Origin: Scenedesmus sp. PABB004
Lineage: Eukaryota
Assembly: GCA_014905635.1 (NCBI GenBank)
Contig: JABVCE010000030.1
Location: 62,001-126,000 of the forward strand
Direction of reading: 5' to 3'
Length of the DNA: 64,000 bases
How positions within the stretch are numbered: the stretch's first letter is position 1; every line of letters begins with the position of its first letter. The position numbers were made by a program, and so were the translations under genes. Shown here piece by piece: positions 50,137 to 63,150 of the stretch. The notes under the pieces are model-generated. The model made no database searches, was not told where the DNA came from, and saw only the letters and a program-made list of their open reading frames with translations.

Positions 50137-51892
50137 GCAGCCGCCATCGGGGCCAGGCCGCCGACGACGGCGTACAGGGACGGCGCGTCGCCGTGCGGCG
50201 GCGCCGCCGCCGCCGGCATCGCGCCGGGGCTCACCGGAGTGGGCATGAAGCCGCTGCCGGAGCGGGGCAGCGCCAGCGGCGCCGGCGCGCCCTGCGCCGC
50301 GCCGGCGTCGGGCGTGGGCTGCTCCGGCGACGCGACGCGGCTGCCGCTGCAGTCGCTGCCGGCCGGCGGGGCGCCGCCGCTGGCGGCCGGGCCGGGCGGC
50401 CCGGGCGGCGCGCGGCCGTCGCCGCGGCCCGCGTCGCCGCCGCCCGGCTGGGGCGCCTCGCCGCCGCCGCCGCTGAGCTCCCAGTCGCAGTCGTCGCCGC
50501 CGAGCTCGGCGCTGAGGCTGCCCGCGAGGTCGTCGCTGCCGCACAGGCCCTCGTGCTCGCCGCCCGACAGGTAGTCGTGCCAGCCCGCCGCGTCCTGCGC
50601 GTCCATGGCGCGCTCCGCGGCGCCGCCGGCCTCGTCGTCGCTGCCGGCGGCGCTGCCCGCGGCGCTGCCGCTGCTCGCGGGCGCGGCGGCGGCGCCGGAC
50701 GACGCCGCCGGCGTCGTCGGCATCGGCTCCTCCCTGGGCTCGGCCGGCTCCAGCTTGGGCTCCTGCTTGACCGCCACCGCGGCGGCCGAGGCGGCCGCGG
50801 CCGCGGCGGCACGCGCCGCCGCCGACTGCTTGCGCCGCCGCGCCGCGCCCACGGCGAGCTCCTGCGGGCTCGGCGGGTTGGCCAGCAGGCTCTCCAGCGT
50901 GTGGCCGGCCTGGATGTACCTGCGCGCCACGGGGCGCCGCGCGGGCGCGCGTCGGCGCCAGGCGCGCCCGCCGCGGCCGCCGCGCCTGCCCGGCGCCGCG
51001 CGCCGCAGAGGCCCGCGCGCCGCGCGCGCCGCGCGGCCGCACTTGTTGCTGGCGACGCGCTTGTGCTGCGGCGTGGTGAGCGCGGTCTTCCAGTAGTTTT
51101 TGATCGCCGTGTTGGTGCGCCCCGGGAGCAGCTTGGCGATCGCGCTCCACGCGTTGCCGTGCACGAGCTGGCCCAGGTAAATCACCGCCGTCTCATACTC
51201 GCTGAACGGCTCGAGCGTCGGGCGCTTCACGCCGGGCGTGAGGTAGATGCGCCACCTGGCGGGGCGCGCGCGGCGCGCGGCGCGTGGGCGCGCGCGCACA
51301 GCGGCGCGCGGCGCGGCCTGCATCCAGCACGCGCGCCGCCGGCGCGCGCCCCGCAACGAGCAGCGGCGGCGCCGCCGCACCGCTCGCTGCAGCTCTTGCC
51401 GCTGCGCCCCGGCAGGCCGTCGGCGACGACGCTCCAGTTGTTGAGGCCGTACGACTTGATGCGCTTGCGCAGAATCTCGTCCTCCTGCGCGCCGCGGCGG
51501 GGGCGCGCGGCGGCAGCGGCGCTGCGTGAGCGCGGCGCGCGCGGCCCGCGCGCGGCCTGCATTGGCGCGTGCGCCCGCGCCCCGATGCCTCCGGCGCTTA
51601 CGCGGCGCACGGCCGCGACGGCGCGGGCCTCGGAGCCGGCGCGGGGGCCGACACCCTGGCCCGATGGCGTCAGCCCGCGCGAGCGCAGCGGCCGCCCCGG
51701 GCCCCGGCCGAGGCCGGGGCGGGCCCCCCGGGTCGCCCCAAATGCGCGCCCGGCGACAAGCGGCCCGCCCGGCCGCCCCCCTCGCGCGCTGCTGGGCTGG
51801 GCGCGCGGGCGCACCTCCTTGCTCCAGGGCCGACGCCGCGCGCCCGCGCTGGCGCCGCTCATGCCCCCGTCGCTGGAGTCTGCGTCGTCCAT
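47818..51892 (-). CDS. R2R3-type MYB transcription factor with a long low-complexity C-terminus
   Basis: PWSKE|EDEILRKRIKSYGLNNWSVVADGLPGRSGKSCSER|WRIYLTPGVKR...FSEYE...HGNAWSAIAKLLPGRTNTAIKNYW. The frame stops at 48075, but an acidic tail (DDDLDDLDVDELDLL) continues in another frame to 47818. Confidence 0.9.
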
Positions 51893-52776
51893 TCAGCAGG
51901 CGGCAGCAAGGTTAAGGGCGGGCATGCCCTCGGCCCGGCGTGCGTCCGGGAAGCGCTGGCGCTGCTCCCGGCGCACAGGCAGCTCAGCGTGCCCCGCGCA
52001 GCGCGCTGTGGCCACCCCGGGGTCCGGCCAACGGCAATGCCCGGCAGGCCGGCAGGCGCGCGAGGGCGGGCGGCCCCTTACCTAGCCTGGTGTCGGCTCA
52101 GGCAGCCTGCGCCGTCGCGGCACGCTCCGGGCTCACGGCGCCTATGCGCGGTGCTATTGGTCGCCTTCCGCCGCCTCTCTCGGGGCGCCGCGCGGCGCGC
52201 GGGCGCTCCGTTGCGCCTTGGGCGAACGAGAAGGCAGGGAGGCACTTCCTACTACAGGCCTCGCGCCCCACACAGGCGCGGAAAAGCCGCGGGGAGGCGC
52301 CCGGGAGGGCGGGCGGGGCAGTCCGGCACCTCCGGGCGGCGCGCGCGGCCGCCCAGCCTGGCGGCGGCGCGCCCAGCGCGGCGGGCCGCGCCGGCTCCAG
52401 CGCCGCGCGGCCGGCGGCGGCGGCGAGCGAAGCGTGCAGGCCTCCAGCCTCAGCATCGGTCGGCGTGGCAGGCGCCACGGGATGGCGGCTGCCCCGCCGC
52501 CTGCCACTGCCACTGCCGCGCGGCGCGGCGCGGCCCGCGCGTGGGCCTCTCGCCGCACCTTCGGGGGCTCTCGTCGCGCTGGCCCGCGCTGGCACCGCGC
52601 AGCCCACGCTCTGGTGGCCGCCGCGCTGGTCGCCGGCGGCACCCGCGCGCCGCACGGCGCGGGCTGGCCAGGCACTCGCGCGTCGCGCACGCCGCGCGCG
52701 ACCAGGGACTCTGCGCAACGTCTTATTTGCAAGACCCAATGGGGTTCCTGCCCTGCCGGCCGCCCCTGCCCGCGCC

Positions 52777-53905
52777 TCAGCCCGTGTAGGCCATGCCCCA
52801 AAACCCCACCTCCAGCTCGGCCACGCGCTCCACGAGCGCGCGCGCCGCGGGCGCATGCTCCGGCGCGGCCGCGAGCGCCTCGGAGGCGTGGCGCGCGAGC
52901 ACCGACACGTACGCCGTGAACTCGGCGCTGCCCCACCTGCCGCAGAGAGCCGCGGCCGGGCGCGCACGGCTGAGCGGCCGAGGCGCGGCGCGGCCGAGGC
53001 GCTGCGCCGCCGCCGCCGCTGCCGCCAGCCCCCGCGCGCGCACCGTGCGGCGTACTGCTTGTACGTCTCGCTGCTCGCGCGCGCCAGCACCGCGCCCCAG
53101 GCCTCATTGTAGCACTTTTCGATCGCCCAGAACGCGGTCGCCTGGTTCGGCGGCGCCGGGCGCGGCGCGCGGTCGGCGGCACGCCCGGCGCGGCGGCGCG
53201 CGCTGCGCGGGGCCGCCCGCGCTCTGGCGTCGCGGCCGCGCCTGCAGCGCGTAGGGCGCGGCGTGCAGCTCGCGCATGAAGGCCCGATACGCCTCGCACG
53301 TCGGCTGCATGCCTGCGGCGCCGCGGCGCGGCGGCGGCGGCGGCGGCGCGCGTGGGCGGCCGCCCGCGCGCGGGCGGCGGGGCTGGCCCCGTGCGCGCGC
53401 GCGCCACACACTCGTCGCCGCGAGGTCGACGCCGCGCTCCCTGCAGGTCGCCTTGAACCACGCCAGCTCGTCCACGAGCGCTGCAATGCCAGACACGATC
53501 GTCTGCCGGGCGGCGCCGGGCAGGCGGCGGCGCGCTCGCGCGCGGGCGGCGCCCGGCGGGCGGCGCGCCCGGCGGGCGTGCGGCTGGCGGGCGCGCACCT
53601 CGATGTGCGCGTCGGGCGCGGCTGCGAGCAGCGCGCCCGCAAAAGGTGCGAAGCCACGCACGTAAAAGTAGTCCTGCGAGGCCGCGGCGCTGGGTGGGCC
53701 CGGCGGCCCCGCCACGTCCAGCGCGGCAGCTGCGAGAGCGCCGCCCGCACGCGCGCGTGCGCGCCTGCGCGAGCCACGTGTTGAACTGCTCGGGCGTGCA
53801 GCTGCCGTCTATCACGGCGTCCAGGAACGGGTGGCTCACGGCTTTGGCCCACTGCTGCTCGAGGCCGACCAGCAGCGAATCGGTCGACGGCGCCGGCGCC
53901 GCCAT
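52777..53905 (-). CDS. TENA_E: TenA/THI-4/PQQC family protein, TenA_E type (thiamin salvage)
   Basis: HPFLDAVIDGS...FNTWLAQ|DYFYVRGF, LVDELAWF, FWAIEKCYNEAW, RWGSAEF, ELEVGFWGMAY. Confidence 0.88.
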
Positions 53906-54206
53906 TGGTCGCCGCTGCCTCTGGTGACGCTGCGTCGTCCCGGGACTGAAGTGCGGCGCAAATGGGAGCGGAATGGGGCCCGCACGTCCGCCACCGCGAG
54001 CGACGGCGGCCGGAGCGGCGGCGCAGCAGCACTGCGCCGCCGCCGCGCCCGGCAAACTTCTGCAACCGCTCCCCCTCCTCTGCTCCGCTGTCGTTCCCGC
54101 GCGATCGTCTTAACCAGGCCTCTGCCATCAGCACACCGCTCTCCATTGCCACTGGCGCCGGCACGCCGCCCATCAGCACCACCGCAGAGCGCCCGCCGCC
54201 GGCGCC

Positions 54207-55802
54207 ATGCCCGACCAGGCGGCCGACGCCGCGCTCACGGAGGACCAGGCGGCGGTTTACGACCGTCAGCTGCGCGTGTGGGGCGTGGAGGTGCAGCGCA
54301 AGTGCGTGGCGGCGCCGGCGCTGCCGCGGCGCGCAGCGCACGAGCCGTGCCGCCGATCGTCGCCGCGCGCCTCGCACCGCAGGCTGACCGCCGCGCGCGT
54401 GCTGCTGGTGGGCTTTGGCCAGCTCGCGGCGGAGGTGCGCGCGGTGGCGGCTCGAGAGGCCGCCTGCGCTGTGTGCTGGCCCGGGCGGCCGGCACTGCCC
54501 CCTCGACGCGAACCGTCTGTGAGCCTCCCCCTCCCCCCCGCCCCCACGCACACACGCACAGGTGGCCAAGAACATCACGCTCGCAGGCGTGGGCCAGGTG
54601 TCGCTGCTGGACGACACCCCCGCTGCGGAGCACGTCGGCCGCAACTTCCTCGTCCCAGCCGCCGCGCCGGCGGGGCAGACGTGCGCGGCGCCGCGGCGCG
54701 CGCGCCGCGCGCGGGCCACCGGCGGCGGCAGCTGTGACGGGCAGCCGGCGTGGCTGTCGGGGCGGCTGTCGCAGGGGGCGGGGCCGCTCGCCGCTCACCC
54801 GCGCCGCCGTGCCGCCCGCGCCGCCGCAGCGCCGCCGAGGCGGCGGCCGGCGTGCTGGGCGCGATGAACCCGCTCGTCCGCGTCGCCGCGGCGCCGGGCA
54901 GCGTCGACGGCGGCGCCGCGGCCGCGGCGCTGGCGGGGCACGACCTCGTCGTCGCGGTCGGCCTGCCGCCGACGCGCGCGGCGGCGCTGTGCGCCGACGC
55001 GCGCGCCGCGGGCGTGGCGTTCATGGCTGCGGCCGCGCACGGCGCCTGCGGCTGGGCGTTTGCCGACCTCGGTGACGCGTTCATCTTCACGGCCAAGGCG
55101 CGCCAGGGGACCCCGCCGCGGCAGGGGGGCGCGGCGCGCGGACGGGCGCCTGCGGCGCTGCGCGCGGCCGCGCCCGCTTGGCTCACCCGCGCGCCGCGCC
55201 GCGCCGCGCGTGCCTGCAGGGCGGCGGCGGCGAGCGCTGCCTGCAGTACTGGCCGCTTGCCGACGCGCTGGCCGAGCCCGCCGCGCCGCTGCCGCCCAGC
55301 ACGCACGCGCTGACGCTGGTGCTCCTCGGTGCGCCGCGTCGTGGCGCTGAGGGCGGGGCCGCCCGCGCGCCGAGCCCCGGCCCAGCCGCTGACGCGCGCC
55401 GCCGCCGCGCCCGCAGCGTGCGCGGCGCTGGAGCGCGAGCTCGGGCGGGCGCTGGGCCCGGGCGACCTGGCGGCCGCGGAGGAGCGCCTCGCGCGCCTCA
55501 CGCCGCCCGGCAGCGCGCAGCTGGCGCTCGCGCGCGCGCTGCTGCCGGACGTCGCGGGCGCGGCGCCGGAGCTCGCGCCCGTCGCCGCGGTGCTGGGCGG
55601 GCTGCTGGCCAACAGCGTGCTCGCCGCGGTGTCGGGCAGCGGCGCGCCGCTGCACAACCTGCTGCTCTTCTGCCTCCACGACGGCCGCGCGATCGTGGAG
55701 ACGCAGCCCGCCGCGGCCGCGGCGGCGGCGGCCGCCGGCGGCGCGGGCGGGCAGCTGAAGCAGCAGGCGCAGGCGCAGGAGCAGGCAGTGGAGATCGACT
55801 GA
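54207..55802 (+). CDS. SAE1: SUMO-activating enzyme subunit 1 (Aos1-like, ThiF family)
   Basis: LTEDQAAVYDRQLRVWGVEVQRK|L, AAE|VAKNITLAGVGQVSLLD, MNPLVRV, GWAFADLG, ELAPVAAVLGGLLAN, PLHNLLLF. Confidence 0.88.
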
Positions 55803-55849
55803 ACCGCCGCACGGCAGCGACCGGGCGGCGCGCGGGGCTGCGGCGTTGC

Positions 55850-55854
55850 TGTAA
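55850..55854 (+). promoter_or_regulatory. TGTAA chlorophyte-type polyadenylation signal
   Basis: TGTAA about 50 nt after the SAE1 stop. Confidence 0.55.
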
Positions 55855-56032
55855 GCGCATTTTTGCCCGCCGCACGGCTCACGCGCAGCGCCAGCCCGCG
55901 CCAGGTCGGCTCCCCGCAGGGCAGCAAGGGGCGGCGCGCGCACATGCCATTGCCCCACGCCCGCGCGTGAGCGCGCTCGCTCTCCCTCGAGCCCTCCTCG
56001 AGCGACGTGAAGGTGACGCGACGTGCTCCTCA

Positions 56033-58755
56033 CTACTCCAGGTAGACTGTGATGACGTCATTGCCCGACTCATAGTCGAGCAGCGGCTTGCTGAGGTCCA
56101 GCCGGTCGCCCATGGCCGCCTCGACCATCTCCTCAAAGTTCACGCCCGCGACCTGCGCCGGCCGGCCGCGCGGCCGCGCGGCGTCGTCGCGCGTGGCCGC
56201 GCGCGCGCGGGCTGCGCCCGGCGGGAGCCGCCGCCGCGCGGCCGCGTGCCTGGGGGATGAGGGCGGTGAGGCCGCCGATGAAGCCCGCGGGGATGCGCGT
56301 CTCGAGCTTGGTGATGCCCGTGCGGCGGTCCTTGATTGAGACCTTGAAGAAGCGCGACCGCCGGAACGCGTCCCAGCGGCTCTGCCGCGCGGCCTCGTCC
56401 GCCTCGGCGTCGCGCCCGCCGCCGCCGTACGGCCGCAGCCCGACACCGGCCGCGTCGGGCGGCGGCACGACCTGGTCCGCCTCGACCACCGGCCCCGCCG
56501 CGGCCTGCCAGTCGCGGTCGCCGCCGGCGTCGCTGACCGCCGCCGCCGCGGGCGCCTGCGGCGGCTGCGGCGCGCTGAAGCCCGACACAAACGGCTGCCC
56601 GCCGCCACCGCCGCCGGGCGCCTGCTGCTGCGGCGGCGCCAGCTGCTGCCGCTGCGCCGCGGGGCCGCTGGCGCTGGCGCCGCCGCTGGTGCTGTCGAGC
56701 GGCAGCGCGTAGCGCGCCTCCTCCTCATAGTACTCCTGGCGCGCAGCGCAGGCGCGGGCGCGGGCGCAGGCGCAGCGGTGGGAGAGCGCGGCGGGGCGGT
56801 GTGGCGCGCGTCGGCGGGGCGGCGCGCGCCCTGCGCGCCGGCGGCGGCGCGCCCCGCCCTGCGGCGCGCTGCGGCGCGCCCCGCGCCCTGCGGCGCACCG
56901 GGAAGCCGACGGCCATCTGGAGGTCGACAAACGTGCCCATCTCGGCCGCGCCGGGCACGCGCCCCGCGCGCAGGCCGTCGAGGGCGCGCTCCATCGCGCG
57001 CACGCTGACGCCGAGCAGGGAGAGCGGGTACGCCACGAGCTTGAACCCCAGGGCCTGCAGCTCCTCGGGCGGCAGGATCGGCGTCTTGCCGCCGCCCTCG
57101 AGCATGTTGGCCATCTGCGCGCGAGCGCGCGAGCGCGAGCGCGTGAGCGTGCACGCGTGAGCGCGAGCGCGCGAGCGCGCAAGTGAGCACGCGCGGGGCA
57201 CGGCGCAGCAGCGCGCGGCGCACGCGCGGCCCGCCGGCGCCGCGCGCGCCTTGGGCAGGCCCGCCGCGGCGCCGCCGAGGCGGCAGAAGGCTGCCATCTC
57301 GTCCCTTGAGGCGAGGGCGTCGATGAAGAGGAGGTCGGCGCCCGCGTCGGCAAACGCGGCCGCGCGCCAGAGCGCCTCGTCGAGCGAGGCCGCCTGCCGC
57401 GCGTCGGTGCGCGCGAGGACGAGCAGGTCGGCGCCCTCGTCCCTGCACGCGCGGGCGCGCGGGCGCGCGGGCGTGCGGGCGCGTGAGTGGCGCCGCGCGG
57501 GCGCGTGAGTGGCGACGCGCGGGCGCGTGAGTGGCGACGCGCGGCGCGCGGCGCGCGGGCGCGGGCGCGCAGGCGCGGGCGCACCGCGCGTCAGCGGCGG
57601 CGCGGATGCGGCTGACCGCCTCGGCGCGCGGCACGACGCGCTTGCCGCGCACGTGGCCGCACGACTTGGGCGACACCTGGTCCTCGATGAGGATACCTTG
57701 GGGCGGGGGGGGGGGGAGGGCAGGGAGCAGGGCGGAGGGAGCAGGGGTGGAGGGAGCGCCGCGGGCGGTCGGCGCCGGCGCGGCCCACGCGAGCGCCGAG
57801 CCTGAACCGCAGCTGAGCCGAGCTCACCCGCGAAGCCCGCGGCCGCGTAGCCCCGCACGGTGCGCTTGACGTTGAGGGCGTTGCCGTAGCCCGTGTCGCC
57901 GTCGCCGATGATCGGCAGCGACCGCGTGGCCTCGTGGCAGTACCGGCCCTGCGCGCGCGGCGCGGCGGTGGTGGCGCTCGGCCGCTGCCGCGGCGGCGGC
58001 GGCGGCGGCGGCGGCTGCGGCTACAGCGGCGGCTGCGGCTGCGGCTGCGGCTGCGGCTGCGGCTGCGGCTGCGGCTGCGGCTGCGGCTGCGGCTGCGGCT
58101 GCGGCTGCGGCTGCGGCTGCGGCTGCGGCTGCGGCTGCGGCGGCGGCAGCGGCTGCGGCAGCGGCGCCGCGCCGCGCCTGGTCGACCATCTCCGCGTAGG
58201 AGATGAGCCCCGTGTCGGGCGCGCCCAGGCGCGCGCCGGCGGTGCAGAAGCCAGACATGAACGCAAAGTCAAAGCCTGCGTGGAGGGAGGCGGCGGCGGC
58301 AAGCGGGCGGGTGCTGCGCGGCGGCGCGGCCGCAGGCGCCGCGGGGGCTGCACGCGCCGGGCGCAGCAGGCGCCGCGGCGGCCGCGCAGCGCCGGCGCAC
58401 CCGCGCGCTCGATGAGCCGCGCGCTGAGCCCGTCGTGGCAGCAGGGGCCCTGGGGCCGGCAGCGGCGCGCGGCGCGGCGCGCGTGAGCCAGGGCGGCGAG
58501 CGAGCTGCGGCCGCTGCCGGCTGCGGCCGCGCGCCGGTAGCGCATGCATGCGCCGCCGCCGCGGGCGCCGCACGAGCAGCGCCGCGCCTTGAGAATCGTC
58601 GGCCCCTTGAGCAGCTCACGTAGCCGGGCGGTGCGCGGGTTTGACGCCATCACCACCACGCCGCGCCGGCCGCGGCGGACGCGGCGCGGGGCCGCCGGGA
58701 CAGCGCGCTGCTGGCGCTGCGCCTGCAACGCCCCGGGCGCCCGCTGCGCGCGCAT
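56033..58755 (-). CDS. PEP mutase / isocitrate lyase superfamily enzyme with transit peptide and C-terminal extension
   Basis: GPCCHDGLSARLIERA|GFDFAFMSGF, LGAPDTGLISYAEM, PIIGDGDTGYGNALNVKRTV, GILIEDQVSPKSCGH, VLARTDAR, GADLLFIDAL, MANMLEGGGKTP. Confidence 0.92.
58031..58138. repeat. (GGCTGC)n intronic hexamer repeat
   Basis: Direct reading; lies in the PEP-mutase intron whose donor is at 58177. Confidence 0.9.
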
Positions 58756-59172
58756 TCTCGGGCCCTTGCGGTCGCGGTGGCAGCGTGAGTGGCGACGATC
58801 GCGAACGGCGATCGAGGGAGCGCTCCCTCGCTCCCTGGCTGGCGCTGCGCGGCGGCAACGGCGCACGGTCGCTGCGGCGGCGGCGCGGCGCAGAGCCGGA
58901 GCGTGTGGCGCAGCGGCTGTGCTGCTCTGTGCAACTCGCGATGTCCGAGAAGTGCTCAGCATCGGGGCGCGCGGTTCACCGCCCGCCGCCGCTCCGCGTT
59001 GCGACGGCGCCGCGGCGCCGTCGAGTGTGCAACACGCGCCCGGCGCCGCGCGCTCAGCCCCAGCAGTTCCTGCAGCTCCCGCCGACCTGACGCGCCGCTT
59101 GGCGTCCCGCGGGGCCGCGCCAGTGCGCCAAGCCGCCGTCGCGCCATCTGCTGCCGCGCTGCTGCCGCGAGC

Positions 59173-60529
59173 ATGGTGCTCTACCTCATAGGGCTGGGCC
59201 TCTATGACGAGCAGGACATCAGCCTCCGCGGTCTCGCGGCCGTGCGGGGCTGCGCGCGCGTGTACCTGGAGGCGTACACGTCGATACTGCTCGTCGACAA
59301 GGACCGCCTGGAGGCGCTCTACGGCAAGCCCGTGGTGGTGGCGGACCGGGAGATGGTGGAGAACGAGGCCGACGCCATCCTCGCCGGCGCCGACGCCGTC
59401 GACGTGGCGTTCCTCGTCGTCGGCGACCCCTTTGGCGCGACGACGCACACCGACCTGCAGCTCCGCGCGCGCGCCGCGGGCGTGCCCGTGACCGTCATCC
59501 ACAACGCCTCGGTCATGAATGCCGTCGGCGCGTGCGGGCTGCAGCTCTACCGCTTCGGCGAGGCCGTGTCCATCTGCTTCTTCACCGACACCTGGCGCCC
59601 AGACTCCTTCTACGACAAGCTCTCCGCCAACCGCGCCGCCGGGCTGCACACGCTCTGCCTGCTCGACATCAAGGTCAAGGAGCCAAACCTGGAGCAGCTC
59701 GCGCGCGGGCGCACCGTGTACGAGCCGCCGCGGTGCGCGCGGGAGCTGGGGCGGGCGCGCGGGCGGGACGGCGCGCGGCAACGCGGCGGCGCGGCGGCGC
59801 GGCGGCGCGGCGGCGCGGCGGCGGCCGGCGGCGGCGGCCCTGCCCGCGCCTGGCCCCCGCCGGCGGCCGCGCCCGCAGCGGCGGCCGGGCGGCGGCGCCC
59901 GGCCGGCCGGCCGGCCGGCCGGCCGGCAGCAGCGCGGTGTGCCGCGCCGCGCCTCAGCCGCCTCGGCCGCCGCACGCCCCGCCCCGCCCGCCCTCGCCCT
60001 CGCCCGGGCCCCTGCCCCCGCCCCCTGGCCGCAGGTATATGAGCATCAACACCGCGCTGGAGCAGCTGCTGGAGGTCGAGGCGGCGCGCGGCGGCGGCGT
60101 GTGCGGGCCCGGCGCGCTCGCGGTCGGCCTGGCGCGCCTCGGCGCGCCCGACCAGCGCATCGTCGCGGGGCCGATCGCGGAGCTGCGGCGTGTCGACTTT
60201 GGGCCGCCGCTGCACTGCCTCATCATCGCGGGTGCGGCGGCGGCGCGCGCGCGGCGGCAGGGCAGCGGGGCGGGGCGCGCCGCGGCCGGTCGGCGCGCGC
60301 GTGCGGGCGCCAGGGGCGGCAGCGCCGGCGCGGCGAGCTGGGGCCGAGCTCGCTCGGCGCCGCGCGCGCAGGCGACGTGCACGTGGTGGAGGAGGAGATA
60401 CTGCAGCACTACCGCGCAGGCAGCGGCGAGGAGGCGGCGGGCGCGGCAGCTGGCGGCGGCGGCGCGGCAGCGGCGAGCGAAGGCGCGGCCGGCGGCGCGG
60501 CGCCGGCGGGGCGGCCAGCAGCAGCGTGA
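59173..60529 (+). CDS. DPH5: Diphthine methyl ester synthase
   Basis: [101 protein letters not shown]. Confidence 0.97.
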
Positions 60530-61177
60530 GGCGCGCGGCTGGGCGGGCAGGCAGGGCAGGAACCCAACCCGCTGGTCCCCGTGCAACGAATAAGACCGCT
60601 GGACCAGCAGAGGCAATCGGCGCCGCGCGCCGGTCGGTGTGCGCTCGCTTCGCGTGGCGCCGGGTCGCGCGGCGCCGGGTCGCGCGGCGCCCCCGCCGGT
60701 GCTGGCCGCTTGGGCTGCGACTGCCGAGGGCGGCCAGCGTCCTGGGGGCGTGCGGCGGCCGCCGCGTGCGCTCCACCTCCGCGCGCCGCGACCGGCGCGC
60801 GGCGGCGGCGGCGGCCGGCGGCCCCCGCTGCGCTCGAGCGGCCGGCCCCACCGCGGACCGCACCGCTGCCACCCCGCCCGCCCACGGCCACGGACCGCCG
60901 CGGCCGGCGCGCGCCATCACCGCCAGCGCGCGGCGGGCATGGCGCGCTCCACGCGCCCCCGCCGCGGCTGGCGTCTTAGCGCGACGCGATCAGCGCGTTG
61001 CGGTGCGGGGCGAGCCTGTGCGTGCTCCTTGCCGCCCTCGCGCGGTTCAGGGCGGGCGGCGCTATGGCGGAGCGCGGCCCGCGCGCTCGGTCCTTTTCCC
61101 AGCGGGTCTCCTGCAAGCCGCGCGCGCGTCCCCACCCCGGCGGCGGCCCCGCGCAGCTGCTGCGGCGCGAGCTCAGG

Positions 61178-61682
61178 ATGGTGCGCATCAGCGTGCTCAA
61201 TGACGCGCTGAAGACCATGTACAACGCGGAGAAGCGCGGCAAGAGGTGCGGCCCGGGCGGCGGGGCGCCGGCGGCGCGGGCGCGCCCGGGGCGGCGGGGC
61301 AGCAGCCATCGTGCTGCTCCGGCGGCCCCGACCCCCCCGCGCCCGGACGGCCCGCAGGCAGGTGCTGATCCGGCCCGCCAGCAAGGTGGTGGTCAAGTTC
61401 CTGCAGCTCATGATGAAGCACGGCTACATCGGCGAGTTTGAGTTTGTCGACGACCACCGCGCCGGCAAGATCGTGGTCGAGCTCAACGGCCGCCTCAACA
61501 AGTGCGGCGTCATCAGCCCGCGCTACGACATCAGCCACCACGACGTGGAGGCCTGGGTCGCGCGCCTGCTGCCCAGCCGTCAGTTCGGCATCATCGTGCT
61601 CACCACCTCGAGCGGCATCATGGACCACGACGAGGCCCGCCGCAAGGGCGTGGGCGGCAAGGTGCTCGGCTTCTTCTACTGA
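61178..61682 (+). CDS. RPS15A: 40S ribosomal protein S15a (uS8)
   Basis: [80 protein letters not shown]...GGKVLGFFY. Confidence 0.98.
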
Positions 61683-63150
61683 GGGCGCACCAGGTGCGGG
61701 CGGGGGGCTGCGAGGGGGCGGAGGCGGAGGCGGGGCGGCGGGGGTGCCCAGCGGCAGCGACAGCAAGGGCAGCGGGGCAGCGGGGCAGCGGGGCAGCGGC
61801 AGCGATGCAGCAGCGCGGCCGGCACCTCCACACCAACTCTGCGGCCGCGCCGTGGCCGCGCGGAAGTTTAAACAGGGGTGCGACAGCAGCCCGCCGCGCT
61901 AATAGCAGCGCGCGCGCCGCCCTCGCCGCGCTGTTACCAAGCGGCGGACAGCCCTCCGCGTGCGCGCGCGCGCGGGGGAGCAGGAGCGGCAACGGCGGCA
62001 GCGGCGCCGGCGGCAGCGGCGCCGGCGGCAACGGCAGCGGCAGCAGCAGCAGCGGCAGCGGTGGCGGCGGCAGCACCAGCAGCAGCAGCGGGCGGGAGCA
62101 GCGGGCGCGAGGGCGGCGGCGGCGGCGGCTGTGGGGCGCCGCGCCACGGCGCGCTGCCGCCCGCGCGCGGCGCGCGCTCACGCTCACACCTGTTGCGCCG
62201 CCCGCCCGCCGCGCCCCGCTCCGCGCCCTGCTGCTCCGCCGCCGCCGCCGCTGGCCACAGGTGTGCGTGTGAGGGGCCGGCTTGGCGCGTGCGGCGCGGC
62301 CGGACACTGCCGGCGTCGGGGGGCGGCTGCAGGCGCAGCCGCCTGGCCGGTGGCGCAGCACACGCGCTGATGCGGTAACGGCATTGCTCTCTGCCCTCTG
62401 CTCGTCTCACGCCCACTGGGGGCCGGGGGCCGCACGCCCAGCAGCGGCTGGGGCTGGGGCGGGGCGGCGAGGGGTGTGGCGAGGGGTGTGGCGCGGCGGC
62501 ATGCAGCGGCTGGAGGAGCAGCCGGCGAGAGCGGCGACGGCGCGGCGGCGGCGGCGGACGGCGGCGGCGTGACGGCGGCAGCGACGGCAGGCAGCGCGGC
62601 AGCGGCAGCAGGTGCGGCAGCGGCAGCGGCGGCGGCAGCGACGGCGGCAGCGACGGCGGCAGCGGCGGCGAGGGCACCGTGGCAGGAGCCCCTGCAGCAG
62701 CCGGCGAAGCGGGGCGGCGACGGCTGACGCAGCGAGGCCGGCAGCAGCGACATCTGCGACAGCGGCGGTGGGCTGCAGCGGCAGCAGCGTGGGCGGCAGC
62801 GGCAGCCGTTGCGCGCTGGCGGCGCCGGCTGGGGCACATGCCGCAAAACCGCTGAGCGCGGACTTGGACCCACAGCGGCAGGCATCCGCTCAAGAGCCCC
62901 GTCGCTGCGCCGCCCCCACGCCCGCACACACCGCGGCGCGGACGCGCCCGCGCAATCTGCGCCGCCGCTGCTGCCGCCGCGGCTCCGCGCCGGCTCCTCG
63001 CGGTCCCGAGGTGGCCGCTGGATCGGCCTCGATCGCTGAGCTCGGCCGGGCCGGCCGCAGCGCGATCAAGAGCGCGTGGCAGCAGCGCACCAGAGCGCCG
63101 GCGCTCGCCGCGCCGCGCGCACGGCACGGCATCCCGCGTGGTGGCCCAGA

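Noticed and set aside
47652..52085. Very long Arg/Ala/Gly-rich ORFs (e.g. 1477 aa here, 990 aa at 15539, 921 aa at 24715)
   Set aside because: Antisense or off-frame shadows of real genes, caused by the scarcity of stop codons at extreme GC; no domain motifs.
61960..62820. GGCAGC/GGCGAC-rich ORFs downstream of RPS15A
   Set aside because: Simple-sequence DNA with no convincing exon structure or domain.
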